Assembly (NCBI GenBank): GCA_963754655.1
Contig: CAVWGN010000001.1
Span: 2,880,001-2,944,000 of the forward strand
From: an uncultured Chlamydiae bacterium
GTDB taxonomy: Bacteria; Chlamydiota; Chlamydiia; Chlamydiales; Parachlamydiaceae
DNA length: 64,000 nucleotides
Direction: 5' to 3'
Shown here: positions 41,770 through 51,449 of the stretch, piece by piece
Layout of the letters: each line of letters begins with the position of its first letter
Position numbering within the stretch: the stretch's first letter is position 1
Program-made: the position numbers and the translations under genes
Notes under the pieces: model-generated
The model's database searches: none
Seen by the model: the letters and a program-made list of their open reading frames with translations, nothing else
Told to the model about the DNA's origin: nothing

Positions 41770-42828
41770 GTGGAAAATTCACCCTCTTTCTCTATTTTTT
41801 CTTATTCTTCTTTAGAATTTGCCTCTTTAATTCGCAATTGCTTGGGAAAAGGCTACCAGCATGCTCTGTTGATTTATCAAGAGTGGTTTCGCAGTGGGAA
41901 AATCACTGGAAATCATCCCGCCTTTTCAAATGCCCAAGCACTTTTACAACAAATGCGTCAAGTCATCGATTGCACTACTCTTGCCTTAGTTGCAGAGCGG
42001 CAAGATGGCAATACTGGTAAATTTCTTCTTAAAACACATGATCAATTAGAAATTGAATCAGTTTTAATTCCCATGCAAGCAGGAGGAACTCTGTGTGTTT
42101 CTTCTCAAGTTGGTTGCCGCATGGGATGTGCGTTTTGTGAAACGGGAAGAATGGGCTTGCTACGCAATTTAACCACAGCAGAAATTGTCAACCAACTCTT
42201 TATTGCTCGCTTTATTTTAGGCTTTCAGGTGCGAAATTTGGTCTTTATGGGGATGGGAGAGCCCTTTGACAATTATGAAAATGTCATGCAGGCCATACGC
42301 ATTTTTACTGATTCTTATGGATTTGGATTAGGTCTTCATCACTTGACTCTTTCAACAAGTGGACGAGTGGAAGAAATCTATCGTTTCATGCAAGAAAAGG
42401 GTCCCATTCCCCATCTTGCAGTTTCTTTAAATGCCCCAACAGATGAGCTGCGCAACCGTTTGATGCCCATTAATCGCACCTATTCTTTAAAAGATCTCTA
42501 TCAAGCGATGCAGGCCTTTAATTGCAAAAGAGGCAAATCGATTTTAGTGGCCTATGTACTGATGAAAGGACTAAATGATACATTGGAGCATGCAGATCAA
42601 TTAGCTCATTACCTACAAGGCTTGCAAGTCAAAATTAATTTGATTCCTTATAATCCTCAAAGCCACGATCGCTATCAAACTCCCGAGCAAGAGGTGTTGG
42701 AAGCTTTTACAACGCGTTTACGAGAAAAAGGCTATTATACCCTTTTACGCCAGACAAAAGGGCAAAACATTATGGCAGCTTGCGGGCAATTGGGCAATCT
42801 TGAGTTGCGACGACGCAAATTGCAATAA
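41770..42828 (+). CDS. rlmN: 23S rRNA/tRNA m2A methyltransferase (radical SAM)
   Basis: CVSSQVGCRMGCAFC, FMGMGEP, AVSLNA, NLIPYN, AACGQL. Confidence 0.93.
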   Translation: MENSPSFSIFSYSSLEFASLIRNCLGKGYQHALLIYQEWFRSGKITGNHPAFSNAQALLQQMRQVIDCTTLALVAERQDGNTGKFLLKTHDQLEIESVLIPMQAGGTLCVSSQVGCRMGCAFCETGRMGLLRNLTTAEIVNQLFIARFILGFQVRNLVFMGMGEPFDNYENVMQAIRIFTDSYGFGLGLHHLTLSTSGRVEEIYRFMQEKGPIPHLAVSLNAPTDELRNRLMPINRTYSLKDLYQAMQAFNCKRGKSILVAYVLMKGLNDTLEHADQLAHYLQGLQVKINLIPYNPQSHDRYQTPEQEVLEAFTTRLREKGYYTLLRQTKGQNIMAACGQLGNLELRRRKLQ

Positions 42829-42838
42829 CTCTTTCCGA

Positions 42839-44218
42839 TTATTTTTTAGAAGAAAGCCGAATGGTCAAAGCCCTGCTTTCCTGCCCAAAAGCATTGACAG
42901 CTTTCAATTGATAAAGTCTTGGTTTTTTCTTTCTTCCATGAATTTCTAAATAGAAAGTATCATCGGCTGCAATTGTTGCAAGACATATTTCTTCGCAGTA
43001 AAGGCGATAAGAAACAACCGAGGGATCTGAGCTTGCTTCCCATGTAAATTGATGAATATAATCGAAAATATGATGATTAATCATTTTTTTGATGACCTTT
43101 CCCTGGAAATAGTTAGGAGGATGAGGCTCAAAACAAGTCAATTTTAAGCTAATTTCATTCGTCTGCAAAGAGTTAATTTGCACTCCTTGTTCTAGAGGAT
43201 GAAAACCCGGAGCTTGTATGATCAATTGATAATGTCCATGTCCTTTTAGCTTGAAATAGCCATTGGCATCAGTAGAAGTCGTAAGAAAAAGCTGTCCATT
43301 CTGCCATATCCCTACAGAAGCCCCTTCTATGGGCTGATTTGTAAAAAAGTGAACCACTTGTCCGGCTAGAGTTCCACATGGCTCTAGAGCAAAGTTAATC
43401 AGTGTTGTAGCATAAGAGACAATGTTTACAAGTTGGGTAGAGGATTTAAAATCAGCTAGAGTAATTCTTACTTCATATGTGTTAGGAGCAAGACTCAGAG
43501 TATAAAAGCCTTCTTCATTGGATTGAACAGAATCAATAATAAAATCATCTTTTAAAATTTCAATCGTTGCATCTGCAATAGATTGACCAGTAAAAAAATG
43601 CACGATCTGTCCTGTGATTTTGCCAGGAGGAAATTCAAGGGCAAGATTAAAGAGAGTGGTTTGGCCAGCTATTGGAATGATGATTTGCCCATTGGATTGA
43701 TAAGAAGGCGCTTTCACTTTTAGGATATGAGGCTTAGGAGCTAAGCCAGATACATAATAGTACCCTTGTTCATCAGTGACTGTGGAAGCAACAACCCTGC
43801 TTCCTCGCTTAATATCGACATTTGCATGAGGAATAGGAAGGTTGGTGTAGCTATCTTTAATCACTCCTTCAATCCTTCCAGGAAGGCTTAAAGAAAAATT
43901 CGCTTTTGCATCGAGATTTTCTAAGGAAACTACTACCGGATTTGCACTCACCTCCATATATCCAGCCGGGATTTCCATATAGACTGTATATTTACCTGAA
44001 GGAATATTTACAAACTGATAAAAACCTTCAGCATCTGTCATTGCCTCTTGGCATGGAATATTAACCAAAGTGATTTTAATTCCTTCAACAGTAGCAGATG
44101 AGGCAGCATCTGTCACATGACCGTAAATATTTGCCTTCCCATAAAGCGATAAAAAGGGAAACATCAAAAAGATTAGGAAATACCCCATAAATAAGAAGCC
44201 TTTTTCAGTTTTGTTCAT
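42839..44218 (-). CDS. Secreted protein with four carboxypeptidase-regulatory-like repeats and a C-terminal FN3-like domain
   Basis: Repeats 'G.I.G.V....T..PI..A.V....TD..G.Y'; signal peptide. Start uncertain (44218 or 44188). Confidence 0.8.
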   Translation of the reverse strand: MNKTEKGFLFMGYFLIFLMFPFLSLYGKANIYGHVTDAASSATVEGIKITLVNIPCQEAMTDAEGFYQFVNIPSGKYTVYMEIPAGYMEVSANPVVVSLENLDAKANFSLSLPGRIEGVIKDSYTNLPIPHANVDIKRGSRVVASTVTDEQGYYYVSGLAPKPHILKVKAPSYQSNGQIIIPIAGQTTLFNLALEFPPGKITGQIVHFFTGQSIADATIEILKDDFIIDSVQSNEEGFYTLSLAPNTYEVRITLADFKSSTQLVNIVSYATTLINFALEPCGTLAGQVVHFFTNQPIEGASVGIWQNGQLFLTTSTDANGYFKLKGHGHYQLIIQAPGFHPLEQGVQINSLQTNEISLKLTCFEPHPPNYFQGKVIKKMINHHIFDYIHQFTWEASSDPSVVSYRLYCEEICLATIAADDTFYLEIHGRKKKPRLYQLKAVNAFGQESRALTIRLSSKK

Positions 44219-44394
44219 ATTTTTCCTTTGAAGATAAGACAGGGCAATCTTCTTATAAAAAATGATTACATTCCATAAGCGTGGCAACGAATCATATGAT
44301 AATTGCAGGAGGATAGCTCCTTTTTTCGCGCTAGAGTGTATACTAAAACAAGCAAATAGAAATAGAAAAATTTAAAAGAGTTAGAATATTCCCC

Positions 44395-44423
44395 TTGGCA
44401 TAGGGAACTTACAGTGATATAAT
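44395..44423 (+). promoter_or_regulatory. Sigma66/70-type promoter with extended -10
   Basis: TTGGCA (44395-44400), 17-nt spacer, TGA-TATAAT (hexamer 44418-44423). Confidence 0.6.
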
Positions 44424-44653
44424 GAAAATGCAAGGATTATCTGGATCCTAGATAAATCAATAACTTGGCTTTAGGTTTATTTTTCTTCGTATTAACAGTT
44501 ATCTTTAAGGCTAATTCCAATATGTTGACTCTAAGGAAATATTTATGATGATTTTCAAAGAATCAAAGGCATTGAATACGAGAAGAATAATCCAAAATCC
44601 ATGTAATAGAATTCAAAAAACTATTACTTAACGTTAACTCATTGAGGTACATT

Positions 44654-45283
44654 ATGAATCGCAAAGCTAAAGCCTTAGAATTTATAGACGCAGCTTATAA
44701 CATTCAAATTACAGGTCGTCACATAGAAATCACAGATTCGATGAAAGATTATGCCATGGATAAAATTTCTAAGATTGAGCGATTCATGAATCGCATTATT
44801 GATGTCAATGTGATCATGGACATCCAGAAACTGGAACATCGCGTAGAAATTATTCTTAAAGCAGGCAACGTCAAAATTACAAGTAAAGCTTCTACTACTG
44901 ATATGTATGTCTCTATCGATCAGGCAGTGAATAAATTAGAAACACAAATTTTGCGTTATAAATCAAAATTGCAAGATCATCACGCCAAAGGTCATGCTAT
45001 CTTAGATATGACAGTTAACGTGTTAAGTCCTCAAGAGATAGAAGAAGATCTTGGTATTGATGAGACACCCATTCAAGATCAAGGTTTTAATCGTTTCAAG
45101 CCCCATCGCGTTGTCAAACAAGAAACTCTACCCCTTAAAACGTTGACTTATGAGGAAGCCATTATGAAAATGGAGCTTTCTGGTGATCAGTTTATGATTT
45201 TCAAAAATGAAGAAGATCAAAAATTAAAAGTCATTTACCGCCGCAATGATGAAAATTATGGCATTATTGAGCCCGCTTGTTAA
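44654..45283 (+). CDS. hpf: Ribosome hibernation promoting factor (long form)
   Basis: IQITGRHIEIT, DMYVSID, C-terminal EEAIMKMEL...VIYRR..YGIIE. Confidence 0.93.
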   Translation: MNRKAKALEFIDAAYNIQITGRHIEITDSMKDYAMDKISKIERFMNRIIDVNVIMDIQKLEHRVEIILKAGNVKITSKASTTDMYVSIDQAVNKLETQILRYKSKLQDHHAKGHAILDMTVNVLSPQEIEEDLGIDETPIQDQGFNRFKPHRVVKQETLPLKTLTYEEAIMKMELSGDQFMIFKNEEDQKLKVIYRRNDENYGIIEPAC

Positions 45284-45326
45284 GTCTTGAAAGTGTCTCT
45301 AAATTTTAAATTTAAAGAAGCTTTTC

Positions 45327-45791
45327 ATGTCTCATGTCCTTTTTTGTCCTCTTCGAAAAATATGGGTGGCTGCTCTGCCTGAAGAAAGAATCAGGCAGGG
45401 CCTTATCCAAGAAATGACTCAAAAATTAGGCTATCCATTGGGAAGTCTTGCCTTGGAAAAAAATCTTAATCAACTTCCCCATCTTAAAACCCAAGTGTCT
45501 TTGCCCAAACGGCGTGCAGATCTCATTGTTTTTGCTAAAAACCTTCATCCTCAACATGTTTTTTATCCACTCTTACTTATTGAATGCAAAGCCGTTTCTT
45601 TAACAAATAAAGTCTTACGACAAATCATTGGATATAATCAATTTGTTGGAGCGCATTTTATTGCAGCTGTTAATCAACATCATTCCTATCTTGGATGGTA
45701 TCATGATGATTATAAAGACTTTAGATTTCAAGAAGGTCTTCTTTCCTATGAAATTTTATTGAAACAAGTGCGTCTTAAGGCTCTTCTCTAA
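45327..45791 (+). CDS. HsdR N-terminal-like (HSDR_N_2) PD-(D/E)XK domain protein
   Basis: PEERIRQ, LGYP, RRADLIV, LIECKA, QIIGYN. Confidence 0.85.
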   Translation: MSHVLFCPLRKIWVAALPEERIRQGLIQEMTQKLGYPLGSLALEKNLNQLPHLKTQVSLPKRRADLIVFAKNLHPQHVFYPLLLIECKAVSLTNKVLRQIIGYNQFVGAHFIAAVNQHHSYLGWYHDDYKDFRFQEGLLSYEILLKQVRLKALL

Positions 45792-45849
45792 CTTTAAAGA
45801 GACAGCAAGAGATTTTTTGATTAAGTATCTTTAAAGTGATAAAATAAAT

Positions 45850-46320
45850 ATGGATAGCAACATTAACATGAGATACTTTATGGAAAAAAAACCAGACTCA
45901 TTAGAAGATTTATTGGTGCAAATTAGAAAAACCATGGAAATTCTGCAAAATCATGAGGGATCCATTCAGATTACTCCTGATTTATTAACCGATATAGAGA
46001 AATTGGAAGCAGCCACTACAGATTTTAAAGAAACTAGCCAAGAATTGTTTGATTTATTGGATATAGACAGTGAGGGCTATAAGAAAGAAGTTTTAGAATC
46101 TACTACTACACGATCTAGTGATAAACAGCTTATTAGGCGTGCAGAAGATATTGCACAGGAAGCACGTGTGATGAAATTAGCCTTATCGAAGGCAATAGAA
46201 CGTGGAAGAGGAACCAGACGAGAAAAACTCCCTTCTCAAAAGGGGGATAAACAACAGATAAAGGAACGACGTAAGCTATTTAAATCGCTTGGTGGTGATA
46301 AAAATTGGCTCCCTCTTTAG
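45850..46320 (+). CDS. Hypothetical protein
   Basis: 156-aa charged helical ORF. Confidence 0.7.
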   Translation: MDSNINMRYFMEKKPDSLEDLLVQIRKTMEILQNHEGSIQITPDLLTDIEKLEAATTDFKETSQELFDLLDIDSEGYKKEVLESTTTRSSDKQLIRRAEDIAQEARVMKLALSKAIERGRGTRREKLPSQKGDKQQIKERRKLFKSLGGDKNWLPL

Positions 46321-46373
46321 AGGATGACTATGAAAGAAAGAAGACAGATTCCTCTGCTTGCAATTGGTAGAAT

Positions 46374-48272
46374 ATGAAAAATCGACAAATTTTTTTTAAG
46401 AAGAATTTTCAGCTGTTGCAGAAAACGCATCCTCTCTTGGCTCATCAATTGGATTTAATAGATCCTAAAGATCTTGAAATTTGCTGGACTCAACAAGAGG
46501 AACTTAATCTTAAACGTTTTTATGAAAATCAATCTTATTATTATCATTCCCCTGTCTCTGCTTTAGAAGAAGCGATAGAATGGTTTCAATCGCTTGACTT
46601 GCATGCGGCAACAGTCCTTTTTGTTTATGGCATTGGCTTAGGCTATTATTATGAGGCTGCCAAAGCGTGGCTTAAGCAGCATCCTGATCATACCCTTGTC
46701 TTTTTAGAAGAAGACTTAAATGTCCTTTATCGTTTATGCGAAACTGAGCTAGGCGGACGCTTATTAAAAGATTCTCAAGTACAATTGATCTTTTTACAAG
46801 ACGCTCATTCCAATAAACCCATTTTTAATGAACTTTCTTGGACTTATTTTAATGATTCTTATCTTATTTCAAGCTTAAAACTCTACCAAGAAGTGAATGC
46901 TGAAGGATTTTTGCAACTGCAGCATGAGCTCTCTTTTCATTTTGAAAGAAAGAGGGCTGCTGTTGATGAATACATGCACTTTGGTGTTAGTTTTTTTCGC
47001 AACTTTTATCCCAATTTACTCGAACTTCCCCACGCTTATTGGGGCAACGGTCTTTTCAATTGCTTTTCGCAAATCCCCGCTATTATCTGCGGCGCTGGAC
47101 CTTCTCTCAACAAAAATATTGCCCTGCTTCCTGAACTGAAAAATCGCGCCTTGATCATCGCAGGGGGCTCTGCTCTTAATGCTCTAATCCCAAAGGGAAT
47201 CATTCCTCATTTTGGCGTCGCCCTTGATCCCAATCTTGATCAATACTCTCGAGTTGCAGTCACCCAACCTTACCAAGTCCCTTTTTTTTATCGTGGACGG
47301 CTATTTCATGAAGCACTTACCGCAGTGACGGGTCCACGTCTTTACTTAGCAACAGGAAGAGGATCTTCTTATCTCACTCCTCATTGGTTTGAGGAGAAAT
47401 TAAATATCGAAGGGCAAGAATTAGATGAGGGGCATAATGTTGTCAATTTTAGCTTGCAAATTGCACAGGCTTTAGGCTGCAATCCCATTATCATTATTGG
47501 AACCGACCTAGCTTTTACCAATCAAAACTATTATGCCGATGGTATTGCCGCTAACTTAAATTTAACCCAAGAAGACCTCAAAATTGACAATCAACCAGGC
47601 TCGCCTCTTGTATTAAGAGAAGATATTCATGGACAACCTATTTATACGTTATGGAAATGGATCACAGAATCCGAGTGGATTTCCGACTTTGCTGAATCGC
47701 ATCCAGAAATCACGATCATCAATGCAACGGAAGGAGGCTTGGGATTTAAGGGTGTCCCAAACTTGTCATTGCAAGAAGCTGCCACTCAATATTTACAAAA
47801 ACCGCAAGATGGAATCACAAAAATTGATCAGGAAATTCAAAAACATTCTCTTAAGCATATTCACCTAAAACAGCTCTTAGAATTACTTCAAGAAATGAAG
47901 GAAAGCTTGGATCGCTGCACTCATCTCTTTTCAAAGCAGCTAGAGGAAATTGATCAATTCATCGAACACATTCAGCAAGGCGCTTCTTTTCCACCTAGCC
48001 TACAAACCCCTTCTATGATGCTTTTAGAAAGTGATATCGAAGAAGAGATCGGCTTTTCCTTTTTATTGAGCATTTTTAATCAGATCTTTCTTCACTTACA
48101 TCATCGCACGTTTCAAAACCTTCAAATGTCTAAAAGGCATAAGCCAGAAAAAAAACGCATCCTAAACAAGTTAGAACTAGATAAACAGCGCATCATCTTT
48201 TTATGTGATGTTGCGCGCTTTAATCGAGATCTCATTCAGCGAACAATTGAAGGCAAGAAAAAGCTTAATTAG
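46374..48272 (+). CDS. Motility-associated factor (Maf/PseE-like, MAF_flag10) glycosyltransferase
   Basis: YGIGLGY, AIICGAGPSL, LGCNPIIIIGTDLAF, INATEGG. Confidence 0.85.
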   Translation: MKNRQIFFKKNFQLLQKTHPLLAHQLDLIDPKDLEICWTQQEELNLKRFYENQSYYYHSPVSALEEAIEWFQSLDLHAATVLFVYGIGLGYYYEAAKAWLKQHPDHTLVFLEEDLNVLYRLCETELGGRLLKDSQVQLIFLQDAHSNKPIFNELSWTYFNDSYLISSLKLYQEVNAEGFLQLQHELSFHFERKRAAVDEYMHFGVSFFRNFYPNLLELPHAYWGNGLFNCFSQIPAIICGAGPSLNKNIALLPELKNRALIIAGGSALNALIPKGIIPHFGVALDPNLDQYSRVAVTQPYQVPFFYRGRLFHEALTAVTGPRLYLATGRGSSYLTPHWFEEKLNIEGQELDEGHNVVNFSLQIAQALGCNPIIIIGTDLAFTNQNYYADGIAANLNLTQEDLKIDNQPGSPLVLREDIHGQPIYTLWKWITESEWISDFAESHPEITIINATEGGLGFKGVPNLSLQEAATQYLQKPQDGITKIDQEIQKHSLKHIHLKQLLELLQEMKESLDRCTHLFSKQLEEIDQFIEHIQQGASFPPSLQTPSMMLLESDIEEEIGFSFLLSIFNQIFLHLHHRTFQNLQMSKRHKPEKKRILNKLELDKQRIIFLCDVARFNRDLIQRTIEGKKKLN

Positions 48273-48377
48273 TCACCTTATGCAAGTGAGGTCAAAGAAT
48301 CAGTGATACCCCTTAAATAACCCAATAGCTTGATTTGTTTAATCGCCTGAAAGGCTTTAAATAAAATAGCCCAGGGA

Positions 48378-48522
48378 CGGGACTTAACAAAGAACTGTTT
48401 TGGGCTTGATGTTTTTCGCGTCATTTTCGAGAAATATGCCTCTAAAGCCTTTTACAGGCGTGGTGCTGTTAAATTGACGCGATGAATATCAAGCCCAAAA
48501 AACAGTTCTTTGTTAAGTCCCG
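48378..48522. mobile_element. 145-bp MITE with 9-bp TSD
   Basis: TIRs CGGGACTTAACAAAGAACTGTTTT / AAAACAGTTCTTTGTTAAGTCCCG; GCCCAGGGA at 48369-48377 and 48523-48531. Confidence 0.9.
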
Positions 48523-48622
48523 GCCCAGGGATAGGGTGTTCATTTTGTGCAAAAATGAGCTTTATTTTTCACAATAATTGGCATAGTTGAATTGAAGGTC
48601 GCATGTTTATGCCGTCCTTTCA

Positions 48623-50084
48623 GGGACAATTGCAGAATAAACAATAAATTATTTTAATTTACCACTTTCAAAAAAAGGCTCCTTAATATAGTCTAGATGT
48701 AGAAAAACCGTCTTAAACTATACAAGGAACCGAAAAATGTTCAGAGAAAAATTATCGCAAATGTGGAATAACGTACAGTCTACTCTTTTTCCTGATTTAA
48801 TCAAACGAACTCATGAACTCTGCCCTGAGTATAAAAAATTAGTATCAATTCTGGAACTTGTTCGTATTGAAAGTCATATTCCGCGATCCTTCAAATTAGG
48901 AAGGCCACCAAAAGATCGCATCGCAATGGCTAGAAGTTTTATCGCAAAAGTAGTCCTAAAACAACCTTACACTAAACAAATTATTCGCCTGCTAAACCAG
49001 GATGAACAATTGAGGATTATTTGTGGTTGGGAGGCAAATCATAAAATTCCTTCTGAATCTAAATTTTCTAGAGCTTTCAAAGAATTTAGCCAAATAACCC
49101 TTCCGGATAGGGTTCACCAAGCATTGGTTAAAGAATTTTACAAGGGAGAGATCATAGGACATGTGATAACAGATTCTACACCCTTAGAAGCACGTGAAAA
49201 ATCATTAAAAAAACCATGTGCAAAAACACGTCGAAAAGAAAAAGACAAAGAAAGAAGAAGAATGAAAAGTGCTGGAGAACCAAATCTACGTCAACAGCAG
49301 TTGAATGAACCAGATCTTCGAAAAATGGTAGAACATCTTCCTATAGCATGTGACAAAGGCATGAAAAGAAATCCTCAGGGATTTCACATTTTTTGGAAAG
49401 GCTATAAGTTGCATACTAATGTTGATGATAATGGAGTCCCTTTGGCTGCAATTGTCACATCTGCATCGTGTAATGACTGTGAAGTTGCAATTCCTTTATC
49501 TCTAAAAACAAGCAAGGTAGTAACTAATTTGTACGATTTAATGGATGCAGCTTACGATTATCCAGAAATCAAGGAATTTAGCCGATCCCTTAATCATATA
49601 CCAATTATCGATCAGTGTTCGCGAAGTGCAGCTCAAAAAAAGGCAAAAATGGAAGAGAAAAAAAGAAAAACTCTTTTAAATTTTAAAACAGCTGAAGAAA
49701 AGAGGTACGCAGAGCGATTTCCCAAAGAATCCTTTAATGCATTCTTTAAGGACTATTGTGGAGGACATAGGATATATTACAGAGGATATCAGAAAGTCTC
49801 TTGCCATGCATTATTTGGAGTATTAACAGCGGCCGCTATGATGTTATTGAAATTCACTTCCTAAAGATCGATTAAATTTCAAAGATTGACAGTATCTTCT
49901 TACGTTACCCCCTGCCAAAATTAGATCAATTTTTAAAAAAATTCAAAAAATTCGAATGTTTTGCATAAAAGTGTTTTTTTTTCATTAAAACTTAGTCGTC
50001 TAGAATCGATTCTTTTCGATCTCAGGTACAATTGACAGAAAAAAAATCGCAGTATAACACGCTAAATAATTCTGCAATTGTCCC
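48623..50084 (+). mobile_element. DDE insertion sequence (~1462 bp; IS5/IS1182/ISNCY-like)
   Basis: 16-bp TIR GGGACAATTGCAGAAT / ATTCTGCAATTGTCCC; TSD TTTCA at 48618-48622 and 50085-50089 (or a 17-bp TIR with TTC). Confidence 0.92.
48737..49864 (+). CDS. DDE transposase (DDE_Tnp_1-like)
   Basis: IPSESKFSRAF, DSTP, GYKLH, TSAS..D, LMDAAYD; enclosed by TIRs. Confidence 0.9.
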   Translation: MFREKLSQMWNNVQSTLFPDLIKRTHELCPEYKKLVSILELVRIESHIPRSFKLGRPPKDRIAMARSFIAKVVLKQPYTKQIIRLLNQDEQLRIICGWEANHKIPSESKFSRAFKEFSQITLPDRVHQALVKEFYKGEIIGHVITDSTPLEAREKSLKKPCAKTRRKEKDKERRRMKSAGEPNLRQQQLNEPDLRKMVEHLPIACDKGMKRNPQGFHIFWKGYKLHTNVDDNGVPLAAIVTSASCNDCEVAIPLSLKTSKVVTNLYDLMDAAYDYPEIKEFSRSLNHIPIIDQCSRSAAQKKAKMEEKKRKTLLNFKTAEEKRYAERFPKESFNAFFKDYCGGHRIYYRGYQKVSCHALFGVLTAAAMMLLKFTS

Positions 50085-50154
50085 TTTCAGGACTCGATGT
50101 CTTTTTGATAGAACCCAGGCCTCCGCTTCGCTGCGACCTGGGCTGTAACATGAC

Positions 50155-50482
50155 GGCCCTTCAGGCCTTAACAAAAAGATGATTTAGGGACTATAGAAGA
50201 GGGACTTAAACATCTCTTGTTAAGGCCTGAAGGGCGGGCCCTTTAAGCCTTAACAAAAGGACTATTTATGGACTATAGAAGAGGGACTTAAATCTCTCTT
50301 GTTAAGGCCTGAAGGGCCGGCCCTTTAAGCCTTAACAAAAGGACTATTTATGGACTATAGAAGAGGGACTTAAATCTCTCTTGTTAAGGCCTGAAGGGCC
50401 GGCCCTTTAAGCCTTAACAAAAGGACTATTTATGGACTATAGAAGAGGGACTTAAATCTCTCTTGTTAAGGCCTGAAGGGCC
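50155..50482. repeat. Four tandem 82-bp units, each an inverted hairpin pair with a fixed spacer
   Basis: Units start at 50155, 50237, 50319 and 50401: GGCCCTTYARGCCTTAACAA...TTGTTAAGGCCTGAAGGGC(C/G). Confidence 0.95.
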
Positions 50483-50686
50483 GTCATGTTACAGCCCAGG
50501 TCGCAGCGAAGCGGAGGCCTGGGTTCTATCAAAAAGACATCGAGTCCTGAAAGGACGGCATAAACATGCGACCTTCAATTCAACTATGCCAATTATTGTG
50601 AAAAATAAAGCTCATTTTTGCACAAAATGAACACCCTAGTCCAGGGATCATTGCTATCCCTTAAATAACCAAATAGCTGGATTTGT

Positions 50687-51388
50687 TTAATCTATCACAA
50701 GCTGTTTTGCAACTTTTCCTGATGCTAAGTCATATTCAGCACCGACGATATTTATCTCTTTATCTGCTACAGCTTTTGCAACAATGGGCGATAGAGAAAC
50801 GAGTTGATTTGCGATGTAGGAAATATTAGCTGCAATTGAGAGTTGAAAAGCATCGGGAGCATAGATATCAAAACCTGCTGCTAAAATAGCCTTTTCAATT
50901 GGAATGAGAACAGCATTTAGTTGTCCGTTCTGAGTATCGATCACTCCATGATTTTCTCTTAATCGATTAAGAGCTCCTTTCACCGCTCCGCATTCGGTAT
51001 GGCCCATAACAAGGATTAAAGAGACGTCAAAATGAGTAACAGCAAATTCGATGGTATCAAGCACGACATCATCTATGACTTGACCTGCAACGCGTACCAC
51101 AAACAATTTCCCCAGGCCTTGGGAAAAAACAATTTCTGGCGGCACTCTTGAATCTGAACAACTTAATACTATGACACGCGGATTTTGCCCTTTTACCAAA
51201 GGTTTCCTTTGTTTAGAATATTTGCGACTTCTCACAAATTTTCTATTCCCTGCTTGTAAAGTATGCCATTCATTATTTTCGCCTTCCCAACGAGATTGAT
51301 CACCATGGGCACAGGGATTTAAGCCCATCACTTCTAAATTTATCAAAATAAGAAAAAGGGGAAATATTAACTTAAGAATTTTGTTCAT
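50687..51388 (-). CDS. Beta-class carbonic anhydrase with signal peptide
   Basis: CSDSRV, RVAG, GHTECGAV; hydrophobic N-terminus. Confidence 0.93.
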   Translation of the reverse strand: MNKILKLIFPLFLILINLEVMGLNPCAHGDQSRWEGENNEWHTLQAGNRKFVRSRKYSKQRKPLVKGQNPRVIVLSCSDSRVPPEIVFSQGLGKLFVVRVAGQVIDDVVLDTIEFAVTHFDVSLILVMGHTECGAVKGALNRLRENHGVIDTQNGQLNAVLIPIEKAILAAGFDIYAPDAFQLSIAANISYIANQLVSLSPIVAKAVADKEINIVGAEYDLASGKVAKQLVID

Positions 51389-51449
51389 TACATGAATTCC
51401 TTCTATTAAAGGATTGAAAATTACTGCTCTGTCGCATTAACTTATGCGT

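Larger units (their letters stand above)
48532..50638. mobile_element. Family-B palindrome copy, interrupted by a DDE IS and with a 4x tandem core
   Basis: Same ends as 41045-41441; flanked by GCCCAGGGA and GTCCAGGGA (50639-50647). Confidence 0.88.

Noticed and set aside
44395..44413. Sigma54 promoter (TGGCA)
   Set aside because: No GC at the -12 position; it fits a sigma66 -35 instead.
45327..45791. Type I restriction-modification system
   Set aside because: Only a stand-alone HsdR N-like domain is present; no hsdM, hsdS or helicase nearby.
50155..50482. CRISPR array
   Set aside because: The would-be spacers are identical or nearly so, the period is 82 bp, no cas genes are present, and the unit is the core of the family-B palindrome.
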